From Candidatus Heimdallarchaeota archaeon (GTDB taxonomy: Archaea; Asgardarchaeota; Heimdallarchaeia; Heimdallarchaeales; Kariarchaeaceae), in the NCBI GenBank assembly GCA_030149205.1, contig JASBSB010000006.1, positions 510,001 through 542,000 on the forward strand: DNA of 32,000 nt, read 5' to 3'. A program made the position numbers and the translations under genes. Below the pieces are notes generated by a model. That model did no database searches. It was not told the origin of the DNA and worked only from the letters and a program-made list of their open reading frames with translations. The first letter of the stretch is position 1, and every line of letters begins with the position of its first letter. Below, in pieces: positions 18,128 through 27,977 of this stretch.

Positions 18128-18964
18128 ATGGTTCTTGAAAAAGCAGTGAACTGGGCTAAAGCAAATTTGTATGACGAAACAACTGATGGGCTGATGCTAA
18201 TAGGTTCTTGGGCAAGAAACAGAGAAGGAGATATAAATGATATTGATTTCGCACAAATTAAAAAGAACCAATTAGCTGCAATAGAGCAGAGGGAAGTGAT
18301 TCAAGATGACTTCATTCTTGATGTATGGGTGTATGACTATAATGCGCTAAGATTTGACCTCACTGAACCACCAGTCGATAGTAACCAAATTGCTAATATC
18401 TCAATATCACTCCAATTTCTCCTTGATGGGGAGATACTACAAGAGAGAGGTGATAGTATTTCTGAATTAAAAAATTTAGCTAAAAGTTATACTTGGGATA
18501 AAGACACAGAAGATTTACTAAACTTCAATTCCACCCCTCCCTCAAATCAATTCCTACAAAAAGCCTATGAAGAAAATCTTATTCTTATTCAACTCATAAA
18601 AGAAAAAATTCATGTCAATAAACCTGCTACATTCAGAAGGAAAGATTATCCTAGATTAAATCAGGTTACTGACCCATCTGAAATACAAAATTTGTTCCAG
18701 CTTACGAAAGATTCTTACAATAAGCTAGGTATAACCCGAAATTGGCCACAGTTTAAGGACGCAGAAAAAGCTCTGTTGATTAAAAATTGGTCAGGCGTCT
18801 TATCATCAATCAAAGATGTTCTGACCTATATTTTAAGATATGAACTTCCAAGTGTGCCAGATCAATTAATCGACCCCAACATTTGGAGATCCGTTGAAAA
18901 CTTTAAAATTAATCCTGTTACAATGAAGGCTATTGAATTGGCCTATTCTATCCCCTGCTCTTGA
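18128..18964 (+). CDS. Pol-beta superfamily nucleotidyltransferase domain protein
   Basis: LMLIGSWAR...DIDF plus a third acidic residue (LDVW), followed by a helical C-terminal domain. ATG 18128 is preferred over TTG 18119. Confidence 0.8.
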   Translation: MVLEKAVNWAKANLYDETTDGLMLIGSWARNREGDINDIDFAQIKKNQLAAIEQREVIQDDFILDVWVYDYNALRFDLTEPPVDSNQIANISISLQFLLDGEILQERGDSISELKNLAKSYTWDKDTEDLLNFNSTPPSNQFLQKAYEENLILIQLIKEKIHVNKPATFRRKDYPRLNQVTDPSEIQNLFQLTKDSYNKLGITRNWPQFKDAEKALLIKNWSGVLSSIKDVLTYILRYELPSVPDQLIDPNIWRSVENFKINPVTMKAIELAYSIPCS

Positions 18965-20057
18965 TCAAGGTCAAGATATCTTCATCCTCTAATACATGAT
19001 TAAGCATTACTTTTTGTCCTGGGTGTTTAGCACTCTTTCCCCAAACCCGTGCAAATTTTACCTCATTTCGAAGGCTTCGATGCAACTTATCACAAACGTC
19101 ACCCACAGTACAACCTTCTCTCATAATCAACGGTTCATCGAAGTCAGTTGTACCACCTTGTGGTCTCAGATATAGTCGCACCAGTGAAACTGAGTCAAAA
19201 ATAAGTTCTTTTAGCTCCTCTACATGATAATTTGTTTGTGCAGATATTTCAAGGTCGATATGTATTTTATTTCGAATTTTCTTAAGCATTTCTGGGGTAC
19301 CTAAATCAACTTTATTCACAATAACTAACGATTTAAGGTACACTCGATTACCCTCTAACACATCAATCAACTGGTCTGTATCAATATCTGTTCGGATTGT
19401 GATTGCAGCATTTAGAATCTTATATTCATTCATAATTGCCTTGATGGTTGGTTCATCAATTTTCGTCAATCTCTTAATACTTGCTACACCAATTCCACCT
19501 CTATCACTCTTTTTTATCTCAACGTCAGGTTTGCTTTGGTTTAACCTTATTCCAAAATGATACAATTCATTCATGATTAAGTTGAAATGGTTCACTGCAT
19601 CAAACACATCCAAGACAATCAGAATGATATCTGCGCTTCGTGCTACACTGAGTACCTGCTTTCCTCTCCCTTTCCCTTTCGAAGCTCCAGAAATTATACC
19701 TGGAAGGTCAATTACTTGGATCTGAGTATTTTTGTATTCTAATACCCCTGGAATTGCCTCAAGTGTTGTAAATGCATAAGCACCAACCTTTGAATCTTTA
19801 TTTGTTAATCTTCCTAGTATGGTTGATTTTCCCACTGATGGTAACCCTATTAGTGCGACACTACTGTCTCCGCTTTTCTTTACATCATAGCCCTCTCCTC
19901 CACTTTTACCTGAAGCAAGGATTCGTTCTTGTGCTTCTCGTTTTAATTTGGCTAACTTAGCTTTTAATCTTCCAACATGAGTCTCTGTAGCTTTATTCTT
20001 TTTGGTAATACGAAGCTCTTCCTCAATTTCTCGGATTTTATCCTCGGTGGAACTCAT
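18948..20057 (-). CDS. DRG/Rbg family GTP-binding protein (OBG-like, with TGS domain)
   Basis: TKKNKATE.H.G.LKAKLAKL, GLPSVGKST, YAFTT, DLPG, NKVD, C-terminal TGS domain (FARVWGKSAKHPGQKV). Confidence 0.96.
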   Translation of the reverse strand: MSSTEDKIREIEEELRITKKNKATETHVGRLKAKLAKLKREAQERILASGKSGGEGYDVKKSGDSSVALIGLPSVGKSTILGRLTNKDSKVGAYAFTTLEAIPGVLEYKNTQIQVIDLPGIISGASKGKGRGKQVLSVARSADIILIVLDVFDAVNHFNLIMNELYHFGIRLNQSKPDVEIKKSDRGGIGVASIKRLTKIDEPTIKAIMNEYKILNAAITIRTDIDTDQLIDVLEGNRVYLKSLVIVNKVDLGTPEMLKKIRNKIHIDLEISAQTNYHVEELKELIFDSVSLVRLYLRPQGGTTDFDEPLIMREGCTVGDVCDKLHRSLRNEVKFARVWGKSAKHPGQKVMLNHVLEDEDILTLIKSRG

Positions 20058-20112
20058 GTTCTTACCCTCTTATTTATTTCTCTAATTAAAAATTTGGTTT
20101 AGATAACTCCAC

Positions 20113-20616
20113 TCAAACATTGGTTGTCTTAGTTTTGGTTAATGATAGTGATTGTGTTTGTAAAAATCCAGCAAACAGATAAAAGGCAAAGAATGATACG
20201 AAAAGTTCAAAGAAAAGCTTCTGCATTGGGTCTTTTAATCCATTATCCACATATATTTTCCAGGAATTAAGAACATATCCAAAGAAGAAAAAGAATGTCA
20301 CAAAATAGAAAGCCGCTGCTAGAATTGAGGATTTCATTCCCACAATTAGTATGTCACGATTCCTTAATACCTTCTCATTCTGCCAGAAATATTGATCAAA
20401 CATAATTTCAATGAAAAATATCAAAAATCCTATAACAATTGGTAAACCAAATACCACAGCTTCATAAGACGTATTTGTAAATTTAAGAATCTCTCTCATG
20501 TAATAATAAAGAGGTAATTGTACCAACAAAGCAAAAAATAATTGATATGCTAAAACCCAAATTGTCCTTGGGTGTTGCCAATTAATGTTGTCAAGATTTC
20601 TTTGAGTTGCCATCAA
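20113..20616 (-). CDS. Four-TM membrane protein
   Basis: Four hydrophobic segments; co-oriented between hutH and the DRG gene. Confidence 0.75.
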   Translation of the reverse strand: MMATQRNLDNINWQHPRTIWVLAYQLFFALLVQLPLYYYMREILKFTNTSYEAVVFGLPIVIGFLIFFIEIMFDQYFWQNEKVLRNRDILIVGMKSSILAAAFYFVTFFFFFGYVLNSWKIYVDNGLKDPMQKLFFELFVSFFAFYLFAGFLQTQSLSLTKTKTTNV

Positions 20617-20693
20617 TCTATCATCAATTCAACAAATAAAAGAATGTTCCTTTTGACGCAGTTATATTGGAGTCTAATACTGTTATTTTGTTT

Positions 20694-22217
20694 TCAATCA
20701 AAGATAGAATAAATGTCTAAACTGTCTGATTCAACCAATTGGATTACTTTCAGAAGATCCGAATGTACAATATGATCTTCTGCAACAAAGGGAACTTTAC
20801 CATTGATTATTGAAATTACCTTTTCTAAAATTTCTGTTGATCGAGGGCGACCTTCTTGTAAGTTAAGAGCTCGAACAGCAGTTAATAGCTCAATAGCAAC
20901 AAGCTGTCTTACTTCTTTTAAAACCCGATATGTCTGAGTTGCTGAATTCATTCCCATAGAAACATGGTCTTCTTGGCCTCCAGAGACCTTTATATTATCA
21001 ACAACTGATGGATAGGCTTGAGATCTTAATTTGTTTAATAAGGCTGCAGCCGTATAATGCACAATCATATAGCCAGATTCTAATCCTGGACTTTGAGTAA
21101 GAAATGGAGTGGTCTCTTTGGTAAATGGTGTAACTAGCTTATCTATTCGACTTTCACTTATATTTGCCATTTCAATTAGAGAGTTTTTCACGGATTCTAA
21201 GGGAATTGCTAAAGGCTCAGCGTGAAAGTTCCCCCCGCTCAATATCAAATCATCATCAGGGAATATCAAGGGATTGTCAGTTACTGAATTTATTTCAATT
21301 GACAAGATTTTTTCTAGATGATTAAGTGTATCAATCACAGCACCCATAACCTGAGGAATACATCGAAGAGAATAGGGATCCTGAACTTTTTTATCAACCT
21401 TTACATCATGGTGTGATTTTAATATTTCTGATCCAGTAAGGAGTTTTCTCATCAACCTTGCAACCTCTTGTTGACCATAATAAGGTCTAAGGTTATGAAT
21501 CAATGCATGAAAACTTGTAAGTGTTCCTCGTAGAGCTTCTAAACTCAATGCAGAAGCTAAAATGGAGTAATAAATAAGCATTTTACCCTCTTTAAGTAAA
21601 TGTAGTGAGTATGCAGTCACAAAATGTGTACCGTTTATTAATGCTAATCCTTCTTTAGCTCCAAGGTTTAATGGATTAAGTTTATGTCGTTTTAATACAT
21701 CCACTGTGCCGTACTTTTCCCCATTTTCTGTTACCTCTCCATCACCGAGTAGTGAAAGTGCAACATGAGCCAGTGGTGCTAAATCTCCAGATGCACCTAA
21801 GCTACCTATTTCATAAGAAACTGGAATGATGTTATGATTTATGAATAAAACCAGTCGTTCTAATGTGGAACTACTTATTCCTGAATGACCTTTGGCCAAT
21901 GAGTTTGCAAGGAGGATCATTGCAGTTCTGGTAATTTTAGGATCTATGGGAGCTCCAAGTCCTGAAGAGTGTGAGTGGATGAGATTGGTCTGAAGCTTAC
22001 TCAATTGGCTATCATCAATCCAACTATTTGCTAAGAATCCAAAACCTGTTGAAACCCCATATATAGGTGTCTTTTCAGTTAATTTTTTCTCTAAAAACTC
22101 GCGACATTTTGCAACTTTATTAGATACATCAGTTGTTAGGATTACTGAGGTGTCTATGGAGCAAACCCTTAGAATGTTCGATTTCTCTACCTCTCTACCT
22201 AACTCAAACTCATTCAT
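20694..22217 (-). CDS. hutH: Histidine ammonia-lyase
   Basis: IYGVSTGFG, MIO-forming ASG (GSLGASGDLAPLAH), KEGLALINGT, QDPYSLRCIPQV, GGNFH, QEDHVSMG. Confidence 0.95.
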   Translation of the reverse strand: MNEFELGREVEKSNILRVCSIDTSVILTTDVSNKVAKCREFLEKKLTEKTPIYGVSTGFGFLANSWIDDSQLSKLQTNLIHSHSSGLGAPIDPKITRTAMILLANSLAKGHSGISSSTLERLVLFINHNIIPVSYEIGSLGASGDLAPLAHVALSLLGDGEVTENGEKYGTVDVLKRHKLNPLNLGAKEGLALINGTHFVTAYSLHLLKEGKMLIYYSILASALSLEALRGTLTSFHALIHNLRPYYGQQEVARLMRKLLTGSEILKSHHDVKVDKKVQDPYSLRCIPQVMGAVIDTLNHLEKILSIEINSVTDNPLIFPDDDLILSGGNFHAEPLAIPLESVKNSLIEMANISESRIDKLVTPFTKETTPFLTQSPGLESGYMIVHYTAAALLNKLRSQAYPSVVDNIKVSGGQEDHVSMGMNSATQTYRVLKEVRQLVAIELLTAVRALNLQEGRPRSTEILEKVISIINGKVPFVAEDHIVHSDLLKVIQLVESDSLDIYSIFD

Positions 22218-22290
22218 AAATTTGATACTTGTAGGTGTTTTTATTTCCTTAGATGAAGTGTTTTATGTTTTGATATAACAAAATTGCAAA

Positions 22291-23568
22291 TTATCCTTTT
22301 AGTGCTCTAATCAGTTCTGATTTATTATTCTCAACCGCCCATTTAAGAAGTTCCTCGGGTTCAACTATATCAAGTTTAGCAGCCTCTGCAGCCTGTGTAA
22401 GAGATTTAGCACCAGAAAATGAACCATCAGGATGCCCATGAATTCCACCACCTGCTGTAATGATTACATTAGGAGCAAGTGCTTGGATAATCTTTCCAAT
22501 GTTCTTAACCCCCACTCCTCCACTAGCAATTGGCATAACAGGTTTTAACCCACCGTATTCATTGTTTAACAATGCTTGATTGCTGGTGAGCACTTCTTTT
22601 TTGTCCTCTTTCAATTCACCATAACCCATCTTACCAAAAATTGTTCCTGTATGAATTGCATCTACACCTATAAGTCGAAACACCTTTGCTAAAACACTCA
22701 TATCTATACCATGTTCCGGGTGCCTCGTAATTGCTGCATGCATTGCTCTATGTGCGTGAATGGGAAGGTTAAATCCTGACTCTCTAATATGTTGTACAGC
22801 TTCAAATCCAGTGGTTAAAACATCAATCATCAGACACTTACCCCCATGATCCTTCACAAAATCCGCTCGCTCCAGCATTTGTGACACTGTGCCAGTTATA
22901 TTTGATGCATAGATGACCTGTCTCCCTTGTTCCTCTTTTATCCGATCAGCCATCTCCAGCACATTGCTTATTCTTTCATCAAATGGGCAGAATGATTGGT
23001 TGGTCATCGGTTCATCATCTTTAATCCAAGTGATTCCACCAGCCCATGTCTCATACGCCACTTTGGCATGTTCTTTTGGGGGAAGACCTAATTTAGGTTT
23101 AATTATGGATCCAAGAATAGGACCTTTTTCGACATTTAAGGTTTTATAGATTCCCTGAACGCCAAATTCTGGCCCTGGAAAACTTCGCATAAATTTATCG
23201 GGGAATATTACATCTAACAACCTTAGGGTTTTGAGTGTGTTCATTCCATAAATGTTTCCTGCAACTAAGGATAACATCTGTGCTATATTGCCTTCTTCGA
23301 ATAACTCAATTGGATATGCAACCTTTAATATTGCTGCTGATGGACTGAGTTTTTCCACTTCAAAGGTTGAGGCAGCAAGTCTCTTAAGAATATCTTCGGT
23401 TACCGTCTGTACTCTCTGCCAGGTACCTACTGATGATTCAGCAGGAATTTCCTTTAAGACAAGATCAAGTTTATCAGCATCTGCAGTAACAAAATATTTC
23501 GCAATTATATGAGATTGCAAATCGAACTCTTTACCAATTTGATAGAAAATATCATCTTCATAACTCAT
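22291..23568 (-). CDS. rbcL: Ribulose-1,5-bisphosphate carboxylase, archaeal form III-like
   Basis: ESS.GTW, GN, IKPKLG, KDDE, HAHRAMH, IHTGT..GK, ASGG and GGGIHGHP; the catalytic residue set is present. Confidence 0.88.
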   Translation of the reverse strand: MSYEDDIFYQIGKEFDLQSHIIAKYFVTADADKLDLVLKEIPAESSVGTWQRVQTVTEDILKRLAASTFEVEKLSPSAAILKVAYPIELFEEGNIAQMLSLVAGNIYGMNTLKTLRLLDVIFPDKFMRSFPGPEFGVQGIYKTLNVEKGPILGSIIKPKLGLPPKEHAKVAYETWAGGITWIKDDEPMTNQSFCPFDERISNVLEMADRIKEEQGRQVIYASNITGTVSQMLERADFVKDHGGKCLMIDVLTTGFEAVQHIRESGFNLPIHAHRAMHAAITRHPEHGIDMSVLAKVFRLIGVDAIHTGTIFGKMGYGELKEDKKEVLTSNQALLNNEYGGLKPVMPIASGGVGVKNIGKIIQALAPNVIITAGGGIHGHPDGSFSGAKSLTQAAEAAKLDIVEPEELLKWAVENNKSELIRALKG

Positions 23569-23639
23569 TAAGATTCAAAAACAATATCAATTGAAATTAT
23601 AAAAAGGAAATCTAAGATTTAAGTCTGTTCGTTAAATTT

Positions 23640-23990
23640 TTAATCATACTCTCGCCATTGCTTATAACAAGTCAAACATTTAAAAAATCTGGTAGGTGAT
23701 TCATCAGCACTTCTTGTTTGGATTTCCCAATATTCTACTTCTTGTCTACTTTCACAGTTTGGACAGTAGATCTGAGTACTTGGCCTCCCAACAGTCCTTC
23801 CATCACCTTCCTCCACAACTAACATTTTCCCACTCTCTGGATCATCACTTCTATCTATCTCTACAGTAATGGTTTTTATTTCAATGTCTTCTTTAAATTC
23901 ATTACAGTCAGGGCAGAATAACGCAGACTTTTCCATTCCTTTAAGCCTTTTAGGTTGAAGAAGAGAGTCACATTTGTCACAAAATTGCAT
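23640..23990 (-). CDS. tfs: Transcription elongation factor TFS (RpoM family)
   Basis: Two zinc ribbons; C-terminal QTRSADE..TRFFKCxxC..WREYD with the catalytic DE pair intact. Confidence 0.95.
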   Translation of the reverse strand: MQFCDKCDSLLQPKRLKGMEKSALFCPDCNEFKEDIEIKTITVEIDRSDDPESGKMLVVEEGDGRTVGRPSTQIYCPNCESRQEVEYWEIQTRSADESPTRFFKCLTCYKQWREYD

Positions 23991-24122
23991 AATTAAACAA
24001 CTCTTCTAAACTTATTTAATCTTACTGTTAGGATGAAGCTATCTAGAATTTTTGTAAAATTGGTTTTTGCTCGAATCGTTTTACAAACCTTTTTCTTAAA
24101 GAACGTTGTATAGTTATCATAG

Positions 24123-24509
24123 ATGAGTATAGATATTGATCAAACACAGAAAAGAGACCTCGTTAAACTACTTACTTCAATCTCCAAGCAATGTGAACTA
24201 GAGGCACTTGGTATTGTAAACAGACAGGGAATTTCTCTCGCATTTTTTGTTGGTGCAGGAGCTGATGCAGACCTGTTATCAGCTATTTCTGCAGCAATAA
24301 CATCCACAGGGGAAAGCGTTACTTCAAAAATGAACCATGGAGACCTTAATGATATGGTTATTCGTGGAAAAACAGGGTTTACAATTTTGGCAACTGCTGG
24401 ACCATTTATTCTCATTGGTGCATCAAAAGAGATACATTCCATCGGTTTAACATTGAACACAATAAGAGAATCTGTACCTAAATTAAAGAAAATACTAGTT
24501 AGAGATTAA
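24123..24509 (+). CDS. Roadblock/LC7 (MglB-like) domain protein
   Basis: GIVNRQGISLA...LSAISAAI..TGE....MNHGDLNDMVIRGKTG.TIL...SIGL is the roadblock pattern. Confidence 0.9.
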   Translation: MSIDIDQTQKRDLVKLLTSISKQCELEALGIVNRQGISLAFFVGAGADADLLSAISAAITSTGESVTSKMNHGDLNDMVIRGKTGFTILATAGPFILIGASKEIHSIGLTLNTIRESVPKLKKILVRD

Positions 24510-24937
24510 TAATCCTGTGCACTAGAACCAGCATCTGCTCTTCTTTCACGAATAACACGCTTACCAATTACATACCAAACTGTGACAAATTCACCCGACT
24601 CTAAGTTTTCTAACCCCTCATCGTGTGGTATTGGAGTCTCAAAAGTTTCATAGCTTTCTTGATCCATCAACTGAATTGAATCTGGGGTCACAGATAAAAC
24701 CTGAGCAGCCTTCTTCTCAACTATGGGCTGCATGTATTTATCATCTGTGGGGGTTACAATAGATTTTTTTCCACCAGTAAACACATTTTCGATTGTCATT
24801 CGAACCTTAGCATGTCCATGTTTACCTGCTTTTGATGATGTGAGGGTTTTGACTGTGTAAACTTCTCCATCATATACAATATAGTTTCCTACCTTTAATT
24901 GTCCTGCCTTAACGGGTTTGACATCTGATTCACTCAT
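24506..24937 (-). CDS. eif5a: Translation factor aIF5A
   Basis: Hypusine-site motif SKAGKHGHAK; QLMDQESYETFE. Confidence 0.97.
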   Translation of the reverse strand: MSESDVKPVKAGQLKVGNYIVYDGEVYTVKTLTSSKAGKHGHAKVRMTIENVFTGGKKSIVTPTDDKYMQPIVEKKAAQVLSVTPDSIQLMDQESYETFETPIPHDEGLENLESGEFVTVWYVIGKRVIRERRADAGSSAQDY

Positions 24938-25031
24938 AAATTTTAACCTAAGGCTTCTAAAAATTTAAGATACTTTAATATTTTCTCTAGTTTGTATTGT
25001 TAATTTGAAAATTTTATGTAATAATAGTTTA

Positions 25032-27314
25032 TTATGATCCTATTTTCGCCATTTTTTGATTAAAAGCTGCGACCTGTAGGAGAATATCACTTGGGTAAAC
25101 AACCTCATAAATTCGAATCATTGGATAATCTCCATTTTTTGTTGTAGCCACACCAGCTTGAGTTGGAAAACCTGTACTTCTAAAGGCTTCTTTAAAAAAT
25201 GGGGGAAGACTTAGCACATTGTGTTTGTCAACACCAGCTAGAATTGAGTTTTTAAATGAGGGTCGATCTACAAAGGGTGGTGCTGATTGAGCTGTCCCTG
25301 TCATATCGCTGGATTTATAAGCAATTAAGTTGTAAAGAACGGATTTATAGAATAAGTCAGTATACCCGGACCTAGGATCAAAATATTTATTTTCCTTTAT
25401 TCCAAATTGTGGGGTATATTGTGATGAAATCTTTATCATCCAAATTGCTTTTGCCAAATCAGAACCGTAACTACTTAAACCTGCTTGACTGTTTACCAGA
25501 ATATACTTAACATTATATTTGTACATCAATGGCAAAGCTGCTGTTGCATTCCACATTAACATAGTACCAACAACACCAATCTGTGTTGAATTGATAGTCG
25601 CACCATCAGCTAACGTTATAGTATTTCCAAGACTAGTGATATAATATCCGTAATCCCACCATGAAAGCATCGCAGGTGGCAATCCTTTCAATAGCCCCGG
25701 TCGAGAACCTGTCCAGTTTTGATACGAAGAATGAGACTGCATCCATTCAACAGCTTGGAACCAATCATCCAATGACCTACTTGGGGTGTTTGAGCTTAAG
25801 ATGCTTGGTGCAGAATAACTGGTTGCTGTGGCTTCAATACCTGAGATTACTAGAACTGAGAGCATCAAACCGACAATAAGATAAGCTGAGAAAGTTAAAC
25901 CATTATCAATCTTTTTGAGTTTCATCGTTGTTTTGGTTATTTTTATTCTGTTGTGTGATATCAATGCATAAGGAATCAATAGATTATCTACCGCCATTGC
26001 AGTCAACAAAGCACTTGCGGGTGCAAGAAGCAAAACAAGCCTAATCATTGAACCACTGAAGTATATTGTAATCAGACCGAAGGTCACCAAAAATATGTTC
26101 CTCTCAGTTGGTTTAACCATTGCAAAGTATATACCCAACGGAACAAAGAACACCATCATGTTCAGGTTAGCAAACAATGCTGCCCAAGTTACAGGCTGAT
26201 GCTCACTTACAGATTGTATCAATGGTAATGCATTCCTTGAATTCGGAAGAATAACTGAAATGAATTTGCTCCCAATTAACTCTAGGGATCCAAAAGATGC
26301 TAATAATATTGCAAATAATGATGCCAATGCCAGAAGAGAGACAAAAGCACTGAAGATAAACTGCCGAAATAGTTTAGGAGGTAGTGATTCTGAAAGGTGA
26401 TCAATGAGTCCAAATATTATCAGAAATATCAAGACACCAATAGGACCTATTCCCTCAGTAGATAAGATAAATGCACCACCCACACGAGGAATCAATATCA
26501 TTATCTGTACAGCCACGGCCAAAGTAATTGAATAGACTTTAACCAACCTTTCAGAGTAATTTCCTGTCATCACCAAAACGAGAGCAAATATACCAATAAA
26601 GTCGTAGGTAAATCTATAAGCTCCCCAGCTTGATGCTAAGAGTGCGAGAGATATACCTGCAAATATTGAGTTTGTGGTGCTCCCTCTTCTTAAAGCCTTT
26701 ATGAAGAAATATAGACTCATAACAGTGAACAAAACACCTACGGCTTCATTATCAAGAAAGCCAGCAATTGATCTCTGGATAAAAGCAGGAGTTACAGACA
26801 TAATTAAGGCAGTTATAAGACCAGCTCTTTTTGACATGAGCTCTCTTCCCAACAAATAACTAAAGTATACTGTAATCGTCCCAAATACAACTGGGACAAA
26901 ATACCCAGCTGTAGCAAAGGTTACATGGAACCCTAGAAGATTCAATATCCAATAAATCAGAATTGTAGCAGCTGGGATGGCTATATACATAGATGCCCCA
27001 ACATTTCTTCCGTAAGGGAACCAACTGAACTCATCCGTCCATTTAAAATATTCTAACAGACCATTATGGAAGATATATTCCGCACTTCTCAGTTGAAACC
27101 ATGGATCAAAAGCCTTAATCAATGGATCCCATCCCTGTAGTGACGGAAAGATTCTAACGGTGAAAGCCATGACCAAAATTATTGCCAAAGCTGTCCCATG
27201 CAGGAACGACCGCTTCTCCAAATCATAATCTGCATAATGATCTTTGATTGAATTATAGGTTTTCTCAGAAAACTCTGTTATCTTTTCAGTAAAATCAATT
27301 TCTTGTCTAGACAT
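25032..27314 (-). CDS. aglB: Oligosaccharyltransferase AglB/STT3
   Basis: FDPW, DNE, SVSEHQP, WWDYG and DxxK (DLAK) motifs; many TM helices plus a soluble C-terminal domain. Confidence 0.96.
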   Translation of the reverse strand: MSRQEIDFTEKITEFSEKTYNSIKDHYADYDLEKRSFLHGTALAIILVMAFTVRIFPSLQGWDPLIKAFDPWFQLRSAEYIFHNGLLEYFKWTDEFSWFPYGRNVGASMYIAIPAATILIYWILNLLGFHVTFATAGYFVPVVFGTITVYFSYLLGRELMSKRAGLITALIMSVTPAFIQRSIAGFLDNEAVGVLFTVMSLYFFIKALRRGSTTNSIFAGISLALLASSWGAYRFTYDFIGIFALVLVMTGNYSERLVKVYSITLAVAVQIMILIPRVGGAFILSTEGIGPIGVLIFLIIFGLIDHLSESLPPKLFRQFIFSAFVSLLALASLFAILLASFGSLELIGSKFISVILPNSRNALPLIQSVSEHQPVTWAALFANLNMMVFFVPLGIYFAMVKPTERNIFLVTFGLITIYFSGSMIRLVLLLAPASALLTAMAVDNLLIPYALISHNRIKITKTTMKLKKIDNGLTFSAYLIVGLMLSVLVISGIEATATSYSAPSILSSNTPSRSLDDWFQAVEWMQSHSSYQNWTGSRPGLLKGLPPAMLSWWDYGYYITSLGNTITLADGATINSTQIGVVGTMLMWNATAALPLMYKYNVKYILVNSQAGLSSYGSDLAKAIWMIKISSQYTPQFGIKENKYFDPRSGYTDLFYKSVLYNLIAYKSSDMTGTAQSAPPFVDRPSFKNSILAGVDKHNVLSLPPFFKEAFRSTGFPTQAGVATTKNGDYPMIRIYEVVYPSDILLQVAAFNQKMAKIGS

Positions 27315-27515
27315 TTTGCAGCCTCATTAATGATAAAACCCTAATAGAAGACTTTTATCTGATTCTTAATCCTCTAGATTTTTAGGAGTTAAAAAAGCAT
27401 AGGTTATAGAAATGGATAAGACTGTAAGTATAAACTATATCTGTAATCAAACTATTTTGTAGTAAATTGCAATTTTACTTACCAACTCTTTAATACTTAA
27501 TTCAAATTTTCTGAT

Positions 27516-27929
27516 ATGGCTCAAGAAAGACCATCTTTTCTTACTACTGCTGTTATAGCAATTGTTGTGCCCTTGGTTGTGAACCTTGCACTGTTTTTTA
27601 TTGGAACATTAGTTGGGGCCTTTCCTGACACGATTAAATTGCCAACCACAGGCAACCCGTTCACATTCATCGAGTTCACTATGCTTACTCTTGGAACCAC
27701 TATAGGCGCAGTTATCGCATATTGGTTGTTACAGAGATTTCTCCCAAATTATAGCATTCAGTTATTCATTCTTGGTTCACTCTTGGTGTATGCTGCATTA
27801 TTGATTGGCCCATTCGGTATACCTGGTTCTAATACACTTACAATTGTGTTTCTCCAGATTATCCATCTGGACACCTTAGGTATTGTTTTGTATCTAATCT
27901 GGAGATATCATAAAAGTATTGCCCAGTAA
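27516..27929 (+). CDS. Four-TM membrane protein, DUF6069-like
   Basis: Four hydrophobic segments; the family call rests on general pattern only. Confidence 0.6.
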   Translation: MAQERPSFLTTAVIAIVVPLVVNLALFFIGTLVGAFPDTIKLPTTGNPFTFIEFTMLTLGTTIGAVIAYWLLQRFLPNYSIQLFILGSLLVYAALLIGPFGIPGSNTLTIVFLQIIHLDTLGIVLYLIWRYHKSIAQ

Positions 27930-27977
27930 TCTATACTCCTTTGAGTATACAAATAAACATAGAATTCAAACAAATTT

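Noticed and set aside
18128-18964. MNT-HEPN toxin-antitoxin pair
   Set aside because: No adjacent small HEPN gene with an Rx4-6H motif, and the protein is much longer than a minimal MNT.
15590-20100. Integrated element at the tRNA-Gln 3' end
   Set aside because: By eye I found no duplicated tRNA 3' segment (att site), integrase or other mobile genes; DRG and housekeeping genes resume immediately.
22270-22310. Frameshift truncating the RuBisCO C-terminus
   Set aside because: The other frames past the stop do not restore a W-containing canonical tail; a natural short end is simpler.
27329-27362. Box C/D-like pair (AATGATAA ... CTGA) upstream of aglB
   Set aside because: Box C is imperfect, the span is too short for a two-guide sRNA, and it sits in a divergent promoter region.
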